DNA of 64,000 nt from Vicugna vicugna (lineage: Eukaryota), in assembly GCA_013265495.1 (NCBI GenBank), contig MU061578.1:1373308-1437307 (forward strand), read 5' to 3'. The translations under genes and the position numbers were made by a program. The notes beneath the pieces are model-generated. The model was not told where the DNA came from. It saw only the letters and a list, made by a program, of their open reading frames with translations, and did no database searches. Below are positions 1 to 13,063 of this stretch, piece after piece; within the stretch, counting starts at the first letter, position 1; the number at the start of each line of letters is the position of its first letter.

Positions 1-497
1 AGTGAGCTCTTTCCACTCCAAGTTTGGATCTTTACAGAAAAATGAAAAAGTTTTCAAACAGCTTCAGCCCTTCGGTTTATGGTGCCCATCGGGTGAATGC
101 CACTGAGATTGTGGAACTCACGCCGTCAGAAACATAAAGCCGTAAAGCAATCTTGTCCCTTATTTTCTCTTGATTTCTTTTTATTGGTTTTACAAAAGTT
201 AATTATTTTTTGGTAAAGAAATAAAATGTTCAAAATGTCACAACTACTGCCTCATGATCTTCGATTCTAAATAAAACCTGTTCCCTAGGGGGAATGATTC
301 TAGAGCTTAGGAGACTTGCTGAAAATTCTAGCAGTGCTGGGGAGCCTCCATCCCAAGTCAGACACACGAGCAAACACCCTAAATGGAGTAAGAACTGGTG
401 ATGGCATCATTTGGGAGAGACAGCAAGACACAAAAATCCATCGAAAACTAGTTTTACTGACTTGATGAAGACCTCTATGGTGATCTGGCCAAAATGC

Positions 498-600
498 AAG
501 AGAAAGAGAGAGAGAGACAGAGAGAGAAAGAAAGCCAGACAAAGAGAGAGAGACAGAAACAGAGACACAGAGACAGAGAGACAGAGACACAGAGAGACAA
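498..600. repeat. GA-rich (AGAGAC-type) simple repeat
   Basis: Degenerate gagagagacagagac array, directly visible; explains the ORFs at 300-805. Confidence 0.9.
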
Positions 601-1745
601 CCAACTGCTACACATGACAGGAAATGCCAGAAAAGATCATGAAAAGTTCCAGTTTTCCAGGGAAGCGTCTGTTGATATCACCTTATCCTTTGTGCTTCCC
701 AAGATTCATGCTAAATCTGTAAAACTAGCATCAATGTCTCAATTTACCTGGCACCATCTTGTTTCCATCATCAGGGCCCTTTTCATCATCCCACCTCAAC
801 TTTGAAATGTCTTCTGTGATAACATGGATTTGAAACTACAATTAGCTACTTTGTAGTCTCCTCTCAAGTCATAGCAACGAAGGTGGAGGAAGAAAAGGAT
901 TCGAAACCACATGGAAACAGTAAGAGCAAGAACAGCAAAGTCAACTATGAAAATGGGAGAGACCATGAGTTTGGTGAGAGGCAGGATGATTGTAGAACTG
1001 CAGGAAAAATCCAACTTGGAGAATATTACAAAGGGAGCAGGTTCCTTGGCTTACTGATGGCAATCAAAGCTAAAACTGTCACAAACAAGAAAAGACCATT
1101 TCTTTGTTTTGTTTCAAGTTGACTAGAATGGTCTTGCTTCGAAAGACACTTGACGACAGTGGCTAATGGACCCAAAGGAAGGGATTTTCCAAAGTTTCCT
1201 TAACTTTCATTTTTTCACAAATTATATTTCACTCGTTCTAAGGTATTCACTATTTTTGCATTTTAATGTCTTGCAAACTGAGGTATCATTTACAAGGAAT
1301 AGTGGGGCATAATTTATTCAGTGGCATTTGTTTCTTTTCTCAGTGGTAACACACACATATAGTCATGTACATGCGCACCAACACACACACAAACACACAC
1401 ACCCACACGATGCTTTCACTGAAGTCAACAGCATCTTTAATGCATGAGATCCAGGTCATATTCCACTTTCCTCAAATAAGTGTGATTTTTAATTCTTAAC
1501 CACAAGTCATCGAGGGAGTTAATATTTTTTATTTTGTTCTGGGCTTCATAATGGCAATATTTGTTCTTCAATGCTGCATTGAGTCAATAGGACCCGTTCC
1601 CTGAATTTCTTAAAAAAGAAAAAAGTTGCAAGACTGGACCTAATTCACCATTTTGGACATTGCAATAAGCGCCTCCAGAATCCCGGGTACCTAAAGGTAG
1701 GATGGAGCTGAGCGGTCATCAGAATGTGATTTGGAGACTCAAGGC

Positions 1746-1914
1746 CAGTGGTTTGCACACCTGAGTGAGCACACATCACCATCACCTGGAGGGCTCACTA
1801 AGCCACAGATTCCCAGGATCCAGCCTGTGAGTTTCTGATTCAGTCTGTCTGGAGGGGGGCTGGAGAAGGTGCATTTGTAACAAGTGCTCGGTGGTCACAT
1901 CTGGAGAACCACGG
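1746..1914 (-). mobile_element. MER5A-like hAT-Charlie DNA transposon fossil
   Basis: cagtggtt...gagaaccacgg termini; internal atcacctggagggct, gagtttctgattcagt and gcatttgtaacaag match the recalled MER5A consensus. Confidence 0.85.
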
Positions 1915-4084
1915 CTCTAGCTGGCTGGGGTGATGGCTCTGTGGGCACCTCAACATCAGGAAAGGATGTGAAGGTCAATCCGGACCGTCCTCACTGCTCC
2001 CATCACAGCCATCCTGGTTTTATCTGCCTCTGAATTGAATTAGAATCCTCATGAAATTTCGTATCAAACATCAGTTTTGCTGCTTAAGTTGTTTAAACGC
2101 CAACTATTCTTGAAATAAAGAGAACCAAAGTTTTAGGATGAGACAGGTCTGGGCTGTGATTACGGTGGTATTACCCTGTGGTACTTAAATATATCTGCAC
2201 TTCATTTTTTTTTCTGTCTCCAAAATGGGGGCAATGAAATACATTTGGGGTTTGAAACGAATTAGGACACAGCACCTGGTAGACAGTGTCTTGCCTATTG
2301 TAGCCACTGAGAAGCAGCAGCCCGGAGCGCTGGTCCTTGAAGGCAGAGACTTCGCTGCCTTCACCCCTTCTGCAAATGTGTGTTTACTTGCAGGGACCGG
2401 GGACAGAGCATCTGTTGTCAACTGACTTTGCAACAGCTCGCTGGCTCCCCAGCCCTGGTTAATCAAGGCTCAGAGCTGCAGTTGGGTCAGAGTGCCAGGA
2501 GTTTGGAAAGCTGGACGCACACTTACTGCCTTGCTGCCTCTGGGCCTCTGGCATCTGGAGCGCGGCTGATTGTCAACGAGCCAACAATCTTGCCCTGGGG
2601 GCAGAGGGAGCCTCCGGACCAGCTTCTGTCCGCCGCAGCTCTGCCCCGTTCAGCACCAGACGCCTCTCTTCCTCCGCAGTTCATTACAGGTGCTTACATA
2701 ACACAGCTGCCAGACACTCAGCCGTGCAGGCTTAAGAGGATCTGTTTGTCACAGGCATAAAAGTACCCCCTCCTCGTGTGTGACTCCCCAATTTTCACCA
2801 TTCCCCCATCTGCTCGGTGCTTTGGAACTCAGCAAGTGGCAACATCATTTAAACCTAGGGGTAAAGATCTTCCCTTCTAACCTAAGTCTAAGGTTTTATT
2901 AAAAACATTTAACATTTTGGCTACTAGAGAAAAAAAAAAGCACTTATTTCTAAAAAGAAGGGGAAAAGGAAAGGAAACAAAAAGACATCCCTCCATTTAA
3001 ATGTGTGTTTTCAGCTCACAGCCTCTAGGAAGGGCTACAGAAAACGTTTGGACGCTATCATTCTAAGAACCTATTTCATCTCACATTTGAACAGCCTGGA
3101 TGTGGGAGGCAAGGTTTCAATACTTACTACAAAGACAGAAATCTAGCTTTGAGTTCTCAACACACAGCAGAACAGCTCGAGAGTGTTATTTCAATATTTT
3201 CCCTTAAAGGTAAGCTGAGTCACATACAGCATCTGCCCCAGGAAGGTCCTTTTTATACAGTAAATTACAAGTAAATATTCTTGCAGATGAGTGTCTATGG
3301 GAGGGAGACTAGTGAAACCACACAAAACGTTTCCCAGTGTCCATGAACCAACAGGTTCATTGAATCGGTTGGTCTTTGAATGTTGTGACTTTAAAGGCTG
3401 GGATTTAGTTGATTATACGCTTCTATTAAAAGCCTACCTTATTAACTCACTCAGATTCCCAGAGGCTCCACCAGTGTAGCATTTTTAAACAAGCAAGGGG
3501 AGGGTCTACTGTAACTTAAAAAAAAAAAAATCCAAGATGCAACCAAGTGAGATTTCTAAGCTAAGCACTTTCTATTGCTTGGGTTCAGACCATAAAATGT
3601 ATCTTTAATATAAACAGCTGCATTTCCACCTCTGCCTTAACGACCTGCTTGATGTATACAATCGCCATTCATATTAATTACATCATTAATAACAGTGGTC
3701 TCAGAGGAGCCGTCTATGGATACAGCGATGTCACAAGGCGTATAGATCACCTAGAATATCTACAGATTGTCCTTAAAGGATCAGATCCTCACCTGTAGAT
3801 ATGGCCAGTTATTGATGGCTAAAACAAGAGAGGAACTGCTTAAGAGTTTCAAGTCATAACTTCTGGTGGGGTCTCGAGGAAGGGAGAAGAGGGTGCTTTG
3901 CCATATCTGGGAGGGGTGGGCATGAAGTATGAAATGGAGCAAAGAAACAGGGAATGAGTATCCCCAAGGATGCCACCTGCAGCCTGGCCTTGTGTTTCTA
4001 CCTGACTAGGGGGCTTGTCCACACGGCTGTTCTGTGTTACTTTGGACTTCAAATATCCCAAACTGAATGGTTACAATGGATACA

Positions 4085-4320
4085 GCCAGGTGCTAGACAC
4101 TGGATGGAGCTCTCTACATAACGTTATCTCTTTTAATCTTCACAGATATTCCTGTGAATGTATGGAAGGGCATTATTTCTACTTTATTCTATAAATTGGG
4201 GAGATAGAGAATCAGAGAGGGTAAGTAGCTTAACTGTGGTCACACAGCTGGTGAGGGTAGCCAGTAGTAAACCCAAGGATGAGATTAGATGGTCATTGTT
4301 CTCTTTTGAGGTCCTTCATA
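4085..4320 (-). mobile_element. MIR SINE
   Basis: tttaatcttcaca...cagagagggtaagtagctt...ggtcacacagctggtgag, the antisense MIR core. Confidence 0.8.
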
Positions 4321-4629
4321 CCCTCCAAACGCCTTCTCCTTTGCCTTCCCTGTAGTGGAGACTACAAATTATTTAATTTGGCTGGACCAAAAAGCCAGGA
4401 AATAGAGACAAAATTAATGAAGCATCTAGGATCATGAACAGCTTTGATTTTCCTGCTAAATAATTTAGGTCTTAACCTGCAGGGAATAGGGAGCCACTGA
4501 AATATTAAGCAGGAGGAATGACATCACCATTTTTCCAGCAACCAAGTCCAGGGATGTTGGTAATTCTGTTTTATTTTCCTCCTTTGTGCCCAATATATAA
4601 CCAAGTTCCCTCCTTTTTATATCAAAGAA

Positions 4630-4820
4630 CCAGTCAGGAGCTTGGGTCTGAATCCTGGCCCCATCAACAACCCTGGCTCTGTGACTCTGAATACATCTCT
4701 TTGAGCCTTGGTTTCCTGTTCTGTAAAATGGGAACAACAAAACACTCACCATATAGGTCACTTTCAGGGTCAAGCGGATGGCAGTGCATAAGCTCACGTC
4801 TATGTCTGGCACCATGGTAC
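4630..4820 (+). mobile_element. MIR SINE
   Basis: tgaatcctggc...tgtgact...gagccttggtttcctgttctgtaaaatggga MIR core. Confidence 0.85.
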
Positions 4821-4821
4821 G

Positions 4822-5165
4822 TGATATGGGCTGAACTGTGTCTCCAAAATTCCTATGTTGAAGTTCTACCCCCTGGGACTTCAGAATGTGACTTTTGGAG
4901 ATGAGGTCTTGGCAGAGGTAATCAAGTTCAAATGGGATCCTGAGAGTGGGCTCTAATCTAATATAATGGATGTCCTTATAAGAAGAAGAAATTTGGGGCC
5001 CAGACACACACAAAGGAACAACAATTTGAAGAGAGATGATAAGCCAAGGAGAGAAGCCTAGAACAGATCCTCCCCCCACAGCCCTCAGGAGGAACCGAAC
5101 CAGCCAACACCTTGGTTTTGGACTTCTAGCCTCCAGAACTGAGAAACAATGAAGTTTTGTTAGGT
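4822..5165 (+). mobile_element. MLT1 (MLT1B-like) ERVL-MaLR LTR
   Basis: tatgggctgaactgtgtc...atgttgaagt...cagaatgtgac...gccaacaccttggttttggacttctagcctccagaactgaga. Confidence 0.88.
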
Positions 5166-5854
5166 GTCGATTCCTTTCATTGCTCCTTCTCTTTTTAGGT
5201 CCAGCCTTGAGACTCTTATATCCAATTATTGCCTCTGAGCTCAGGAGAGCAAATGGGTTTTACTTTGTGAGCCAGCTCTGCTCATCTACAGCTTCTGCCT
5301 GGAGCACTGCACTGGGACCACGGGAGGCCAGCTCAGACTGCGTGGGTAAAAGTGCCCTGATTGATTAGCAATGTCTGCCACGGGTATAGATGGGGAAGGG
5401 GAGGGTATGTGCTATGTATTTCTTAACCCTGTTCTAGACTTTTCTTGGTATGTTCATCTTGAAAAACCATTACCAGATACAGGCTTGTATCTTTTCATAT
5501 CTCTCTGCTCTAGAGCTTAGACTAGCATATTTCTGCCAATCACATAAAACACATATACTTTGGTCCCTAGTAACTTCCAAAACTTTGAGGCCACTGACTC
5601 ATTCTAAAATTACAAGAAATCATAATAACTGACCCTGGATTATCAAGAAGCCTGTACCCTTTCTCTTTACCTGGTTTTCACCACTGCTAGCTTTTGAAGG
5701 GTTCGTTTCTTCCCCCACCCTGACTTTTCTGTTCCTATTTCAAACATTCTAGAAAGCAAAACAGCTTCTGGCATCTTCCAGTTTACCTTTCTGAGGCTTT
5801 CAAACCTAATTTTCATCTCCCATTTGAAACATCTCCAGGAAAGCTGTCTATCTG

Positions 5855-5970
5855 GCCAGATTAGGTCACATTCCCGCCATGGACCAATCACCCATGCAGG
5901 GGAAAAAAAAAATGCTGATTGTCTGGGCCTGAGTCACATGTTCATCCCTGCAGCCAGGGCAGTGGGTTAT
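5855..5970. mobile_element. old MaLR/ERVL LTR fragment
   Basis: ggtcacat...ccaatcac...gattgtctgggcctgagtcacatg motif typical of old MLT1 LTRs. Confidence 0.5.
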
Positions 5971-7155
5971 CATGACTGGGGAGGGGAGATGTCGGACTGA
6001 TTGCTGTGAATGTACCACTGACCACGGGCAAGAAATAACCTGGTCGCTTAGGGAACTACCATGAAAATCTCTTTTGAGGAAGGAGTTGGGACTGGTTGAA
6101 GAGTTCATTGAGCAGATGGAGGAGGGAAAAAAAGGCACTCCAACTATGAAAGATCCAGAGTATGGTAGCAAAGCAACAGACAAATAGGAAGAAAGAACTA
6201 CAAACAGGATTGGGCAGATAAGAGGACTGATTCAATGAAACTTAAATTGGTCATCTTTCAGGAAATCAATTCTGAGAATTAGGCAACACTGCACACTTTC
6301 AGATAATGCAAATGTCTCAAAGCCCCTTTGTAAATTTAACACTAAATAGAACAGAGGGAAAACAAGCTCTGCTCCATGGTCAACTCTGAGCAACTGGTAG
6401 TGGCTGCCTTCCTGCTGTGTTAAGAAGGATCCAGAGGTTGCATTTGCACAGAAAAGGATGGTATAATTACACAGAGATGTATGATGTGGACAAGCATAAT
6501 AACACAGCTGGGTCTTACTTTATGCCCCCGAGAAGGCTGTTGACAAATTGTTGCTTTGTATGTAGTATTGGTTAGGAAAGTGACGGTGGAAACCTATGGT
6601 AAAGCCATCTGTAAAGTTAATAATCTAAGTAACCTCGCCCCAACTTTGTACTAAGTGACTATGTAAATCACAAGGAATGTAGTCACAGGGCCTTTCTCTA
6701 AATGGGACGCACAAAGACAGAAGAACTGTTTTCAAAAGTAAAAGGAAATCCCTAGAGATTAAGTACCATATCACCCAATGAATGTCAGCAGGGTATAGAG
6801 AGGAAACTGGCGATGCTTGTGCTTCTGAGTGGGGTAAAGCCAGAAGAGAGATGAGGCCCGGGAGACTGGGAGAGGCAGAATGGGTCTGAACTTAGTCACG
6901 GCAGAGAAAACTGAGCTGCCTTTTTGGAAACAGGCTGATATGTTGATCAGTGGATGCGCTGGAAGCCAATTCAACAAAAGCCATTCATTGAATAAAGATA
7001 AAAATATCATATTACTGGACAATTTAATAAAAGTGTTAGTATTCTTGCAACTGTCTTGTCAGTGATTTGTCGGCCCTCAGGTGAAGGTCAACCTATGACA
7101 TGTTCTTGTTTCAGACACTTACTCTGTGATTTAATGTGAAATCCTGGGGAGAGAA

Positions 7156-7223
7156 TGTGTGTGTGTGTCTGTGTGTGTGTGCGTGTGTGCGTGCGTGTGT
7201 GCCTGTGTGTCTGTGTCTGTGTG
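7156..7223. repeat. compound (TG)n microsatellite with TC/GC interruptions
   Basis: Directly visible. Confidence 0.95.
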
Positions 7224-7684
7224 AAGCTGTTGGTTCACTGGCTTTCTGAGAACTCCTTAAAAGAGTGGATTGAAAGACCACTAAGCGAGTTATCAAGGGA
7301 TTTAGTGGTTTGGGCTCTGCTATCAGTAATTGCTTGACATTTCACAAGACATTTTATTCATCTGGATTTTTAATTTTTAGCTGCTAACATCTCACTACCC
7401 CTTAAACCCAGGGTACCTTTGTCCAGACACTCATTCTATAGTTTGTGAAAAATCTAAATCTTTCTTAAGATTTCTGCGGATTGCCAGGACCGTACACTCT
7501 CATGGGCGTAGCGGATTTCTGGCTCTTGTCCCCGCTCTGTTTTTGTTCTCTTCTCTGCCTCTGGCTATTGTTGCATCACTTTTGAATTAAAATTGACCCT
7601 GACATGAAATGCAGCCCCCTTCCTTGACAACAAATATACAAGAAAAGCGTTCACATAAGGGTACCGGGTATATAGCCGACTATA

Positions 7685-8078
7685 CGTAGCAGTTAGGATA
7701 AGCCAAGGAATGCTGTGGTAACAAATGACTCCAAAACCTCAAGGGCTTAGAAATAACAGAAGCTTGTTTCTCACCCACATGACACACCCATCATGGATGC
7801 AGTGGAGTGAAGAGAGGGAGGGAAAGGGGTTTGTCCCTCAAAGTCTCTCAGCGACCTAGGAAGGGCCATCATCTTAAGTGTCTCTAGTCACCACGCCAGA
7901 GAAAAAAAGACATCTTCAAAGTCATCAGCAATAAAATGTTCCACCACTTGTCACTTTCATTCATAGCTCAGCAGCCAGAACTAGTCACATGGTTCCATTC
8001 AAACCACAAGAAGGTCAGAAAACGCCCAGCAGAGAGGGGAAGCAGAATATTTGGTGATGATCCCTAATGGTGACCACA
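7685..8078 (-). mobile_element. MLT1 (MLT1K-like) LTR
   Basis: gttaggataagc...tgctgtggtaacaaat...ggcttag...tttctcac and gccagaactagtcacatgg...aatatttggtga. Confidence 0.8.
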
Positions 8079-8290
8079 CCCTACTTTGTATGGAGGCGTG
8101 GAGGAGTTGACATTGTAGCAACACACACATCTCAACTATCAGGCATCACCACTCCTGCAAGTGCATCCACACGCACCGCCATGTTGTCCAGCCATTTTCT
8201 CTCCTCTGTCTCTCCCACCTGATGTGACTTGTAGCCCTCTCCCTCTGAGAAGCAAAAGTGTCCTCAAATTCCTCTCCTGTGCTTATGCAG

Positions 8291-8365
8291 AGCAACTCAA
8301 CTGTCTGCAACCCTTATTCTCCAATTCAGCTCCAGGCTGCCTTTGCTAAGCCAGGACTCCGTAAG
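8291..8365 (+). other. candidate exon, probably 5' non-coding; tentatively an ESRRG upstream exon (unverified)
   Basis: Consensus donor AAG|GTAAGT at 8365/8366 in unique sequence. Possible acceptors at 8234, 8290 (cctctcctgtgcttatgcag) and 8329, so the start is uncertain. Gene identity is recollection only. Confidence 0.5.
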
Positions 8366-9714
8366 GTAAGTTTTTGGACTACCATTTGCAAAAGCCTGTT
8401 TATTAAAGGCTTGTAGTCTGGAACTATCCCCCTCTTTATGCTCTTTGAGTGGGTATCTTGGGAATTGGAGAAAGACTGTGGGCTGGATAATGCTCCCTGT
8501 TACACAACCAGATGTGATTGTGTGTGAAAGCAGTTTAGACAGTTTGAAGTCCTCTGGAAAGAATTCTAACCATTTGGGTAACTTCTTTGAATCTCTATTT
8601 TCTCACTGTAGAAAGCGAATAACAATTCCTGCTCTGATTATATCTCTGTGGCCTTTGCATATGAAAAAAGCAGTATGCTAACATAAGGCATGACTATAAT
8701 TGTAGGCAAACAAGACTCTGGTGCAGCCAATTCAGAAGTCGTCCCAAATTCCAGGCACTGAGCACCGTTGCTCTCATTTTCCTCTGGTTACAGTAAGTAG
8801 GCATTTTATGGTCTGATAGCAAGTGGAAGTCAAGCTTCCCCACCACTCTGGTTTCGTCTGTCTCTGTGATTTAATCATCAGTCCATATTGGAAGATGATG
8901 CAGTTATGTCAGTTATCAGAGAATTACATTTTTGTGTCCTACTAAAGGGAAGTACAGATTAACTCTGCCAGATGCACACATAAAACTAGACAGAGGCGTA
9001 CCTCCAAGTCAACCCATCCATCTTTCTCTAGGACATGTCAACATGTGGGATTCATGAAATATGGACTGTATTAAAAATGTTAAATTCACTTTTTAAATGC
9101 GACCAGCGCAGAAACAAGCTCCCCTTGGTGCACTTGTTTGTTTTTGGTTATTATTGGTTGGTATTATTTTTCCTCGACTGGACTATCTGTGCTGGTTAAG
9201 CATCAGTAAATGGCTGGTTATGAAGCAAACAGAAAATATACATATAAATATTTAATAAGAAACGATAGCAGAAATATAGTGTGTGTTTGTTGCTCTACTG
9301 GAAAGCTATATTCATTATTCTACAAATTATTCTCACATAAATATTTCAGAAACTTGAAAAAAAGGTTAGACTAGTGTGCCCAGTGCTTGGAGGGTTGAAA
9401 GCACTTTTGCATTTGTGCGATGATGAATTCCAATCCTGCGTTCACTGTTGAGGTCTGACATCCATCTTTTGGTCAGTTTTAGGAGGTGCGGTTATTTCAT
9501 ATTTTGTCCTAATGCACTCACATAAATAAGAAAAAAAATACCAATTACCATTCAGGGACTGTTGGTTCTTTCTGCTTTTGGTACCAGTCAAGATTAAGGA
9601 ACAGAACTCTTTCTGTGAAAGGTAGTCTGAGAAAGAAAATAAAAATTGTAAACAGTCTTTTCTTCCTAGCATAATGCATCATACAACTCAAGTCCCCTCA
9701 GTCTAGTGATTGAA

Positions 9715-9830
9715 TTTTTAGCCAACCAATATTTATTAAGTGCCTACTGTGTGCTAGGTGCCATACTATGTGCTAAATATAAACTAGCTGACTAGAGAAG
9801 AATATGGTTATTTCTGATATCATTGAATTT
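9715..9830 (-). mobile_element. L2 LINE 3' end
   Basis: aatatttattaagtgcctactgtgtgctaggtgcc. Confidence 0.75.
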
Positions 9831-10789
9831 CTGAAGAGGGACTTTATTCCACCTGATTAACTTTATGTAGATTATAGACTGAATTGTGCTAATATTGTTT
9901 CATTTTGATGGTGGAAGAGCCAACAAATCAATCATTGTGCCTTGACCGTGGTAACCAGGAAGGAATTAGGTGATTCCATGAGCATTCCCAAGGAAGACTG
10001 GTTTTGAGGAGTTTAAGATGGACTGTGCTGGTGGCTGTTTTATGGGTATCCCTGCAGAGGAGCTTATAATCATCAAGAAGATACAACTTCTCTTATGTTT
10101 AAATTACTTTCATCCAGATATGGACTGATTCCAACCTCCTCTTCTGAAAAGCAGCAAGGTCTTAACAAGGCTGTTTTCCTTAACTGCAGCCTTGCTTTGG
10201 CCATGAACATAATTCACAGCTCTTGTCAGAGCACTGATTTGATGGATGTTGCACTTAATGGTGACTCAAAGGATTCTGAGACTCTGGGCTTTCGTGTGTC
10301 ATGTGGTGTGACCATGCATACAGCTGGCACCTCAGAGATTACTTCCAACTTGAGAGACACGGGTCTCATTGGACAGGAGAGGTCAAAGCCTTCCTCGGTA
10401 GGAAGGACTGATCAAAATAGAAAAATTTCTTGAAGGAACTTCTCCCTCCATGATGAGCTGCATCATTTAGACAAGTGAAAAGTGGTCAGAGATACTGAGT
10501 TCCTGAACAACAGTAACAATAACATGACCGTCATCATCACCAACAGCAACACAATCACAATGAAAATGAGGTCCATCATGTTTCCGAGCATCCTAGGCAT
10601 TAGATGATTAAGTGTTCATAAGTAACTTGCCAAGGGTCAAACTGTCAATTGACGATGACATCGCAACCTAGATTTTGAGTCCTTCTGTTCTGTCCTTTCA
10701 GTTCCCTGACCTCATCTTCTTCCCACTCACCTCTCTTCCCCATTATCTGGCCAACTTTGAATCATCCTTGTGATTAACAACATGAACTG

Positions 10790-10905
10790 GAAAATTAGAC
10801 TTCTTGGTTCCCTGTCTTAGATACTGCACTTCCTAGGTATGTCACTTCCTGCAGATTAACTTTTCAAAGTCTCCTCATCTGGAAAATGGGAATAAGGATG
10901 TTACT
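10790..10905 (+). mobile_element. MIR fragment
   Basis: gtctcctcatctggaaaatgggaataa core. Confidence 0.65.
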
Positions 10906-12309
10906 ATGAGCAGAGGGAATCTTACAGCTGGCATCAGATCTCACAGAATCTCAGTGCAAACTAGATGTTCAATGTGTTTAACTCAATAGTTAGTGCAGCA
11001 AACAGGATTTTTTTCTTTTTTTTTTTCAAACTGAAAATAATTACAAGAACATGGCTATAATTCACTGTCATAGCCTTGAGGAAGCCTCATGCAATTGAAG
11101 AAGATACACATAAAACTGTGATAAATTGAAAGCCTATTTGAAATATGTAGACATAGCGAGCACTTCTTGTTTAATTGCATTCTGCTTACATAACTAAAAG
11201 ACCTAAATTAAAGCATAATCATGTTTCTAATGATTGTGCACCCTTTTCCCTGCACCAACATAAAAAAAGCTCAAGGTGTTAAAATACTTACGCTTTGGGA
11301 TCGAGGTAATTAGTATACGAATTGAACATACATTTCATACATTTATTTACATAACTGAAAAAAAGAGGCAAAAATCTCCACTCCTTAGTAGTTTATTCCT
11401 TCTTCATGCTTCAGGTGGAAGACTTACTAATAGATTTTTTTTTTCCAATGCATAGAAACTGAAAGTTTCTCAAGGAAGCAATGCCAGGTACATATTTCAA
11501 AAGTTTGGGTGGCTTTGCATAGCCTCTGAAATGCTGAGAATATAGAACACACTCCAGTATATCTAATTATCTTTATGAAATCTCTCAAAATCAATGGCAT
11601 TATACTCAAAACCAGCTGCGGCCAGGGAAGTCAAACAGAGCAGGGTGTCACTGAGGTTACTGAAAACTGTGGCTTTCTTCCTAATAGCACTATTTTTATG
11701 GAACGTGGAGTTTCTGAATCATCATATTCTGTTAACTCTTTTAAGGACCCAAACACAATTCAGCCATTTGGGTTGAATAAATCAATTCAACTCTATCTCG
11801 ATTTGGTGGTGGGGAGGGGGAGAACTTTTAAATCCTTAAAGACAAAGAAGTCTGGTTTTGAAACACAACTCTAGATTCAGCTCATGCCTGATCATAATTT
11901 TGCTAGTAGTGGTAGAGTGCAATCATTCTACTGTAACCACTGCTGTCCCAGGAATATTCCAAGTTACTTGATTATCAGTTGGGTGTTTTGTTCTTACAAG
12001 TCCTCTTTTCCCTTCTTAAGGAATGTTTTGAATATAAACAAGAACTACCTTTCCAAACAAGAAAATTTTCAGGAATTCAGGGAGCCTAGAATACTGAAGA
12101 AATTAGCTATTTCAGTTGTTTTCAAAATTGAGTTTTGGGAAATAGTTCATAAATTGGTAACAGCTAATAGGTAAAGAAGTTGTGGTCATAGGTAAGGTAT
12201 TATTATGGAAAGAAAGAAAGAGAGAGAATGGGAGGGATGGAGGAAGGAAGAAAGGAAGAAACTGAAAAGAAGCAAAACCACCCTAAGCTAATTGTCTGCA
12301 TAGGGGTGA

Positions 12310-13063
12310 TTTATTCATTTACCCAACAATTATTCAGTGCCTGCGATGTGCTAGCCACCATGCTAAGTGCTGAGCATAAAATGGCGACCGAGATAGAAAT
12401 GGTCTTACTTTACCAGAGTTTGGCATCTGGTGGGGGAATTAGGAAATCATATTAAGACACAGCAGGTGCTTTGAAGGGGCAATCCTACGGGCCATGAAAG
12501 AACAAAGAAGGCTATTTAACTGAGAAGGTTTCCCAGAAGAAATGACATCCATAATATTAAGGAACAATGGGATTAACTTCACAAAGTGATTTTTGCATCT
12601 CCCACGCTGCAGAGGGAATCATGCACACAGACACTCAGACACGCAGACACATACACACCCTTAAGGAACATGGATGTGCCAGAGAGTGATAATGAGTTGG
12701 GGACATAGGGCAGGGGAGACCAGGTAGGGACTTGAGGGCCACTGATAGACTTTTTAGACTTGATCCTAAAATCAGTGGAAGCTATAAAAGGAATTTCGGC
12801 AAGAGTGAAGAGTGATCAGCTTCGTTTTTTTAGAAAATATTGTTCTGGTTGGTACACAGGGAAGAGATTGGTGAAGGCAAGGCTGGAGGAAGGCAGGCCA
12901 GTTAGGAGGTGATCATAGCACTCCAGGACAAAAGACAGAAGAGCAGAAGAAGAATGGAGACATGTGAAGAGAGTCATGAAATATTTGGGAGGAGGGCAAT
13001 CTGTTGGACATAATCATGGGATGTGGGGGATGGGTGTAAGGGAAGAACCAAGAATGACTTCTA
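12310..13063 (-). mobile_element. L2 LINE fragment
   Basis: ttcatttacccaacaattattcagtgcct...tgctaagtgctgag; ggcaaggctggagg...gccagttaggagg; ccaagaatgacttcta. Confidence 0.8.

Noticed and set aside
300..805. Overlapping ORFs rich in SL or ER dipeptides
   Set aside because: Translation of the GA simple repeat
4465..5079. Longest ORF (204 aa)
   Set aside because: Runs through MLT1 LTR and MIR sequence; no recognisable domain
7122..8875. Exact 14-mer ctctgtgatttaat on both sides of the candidate exon
   Set aside because: Several exact 14-mer pairs are expected by chance in 64 kb of AT-rich DNA
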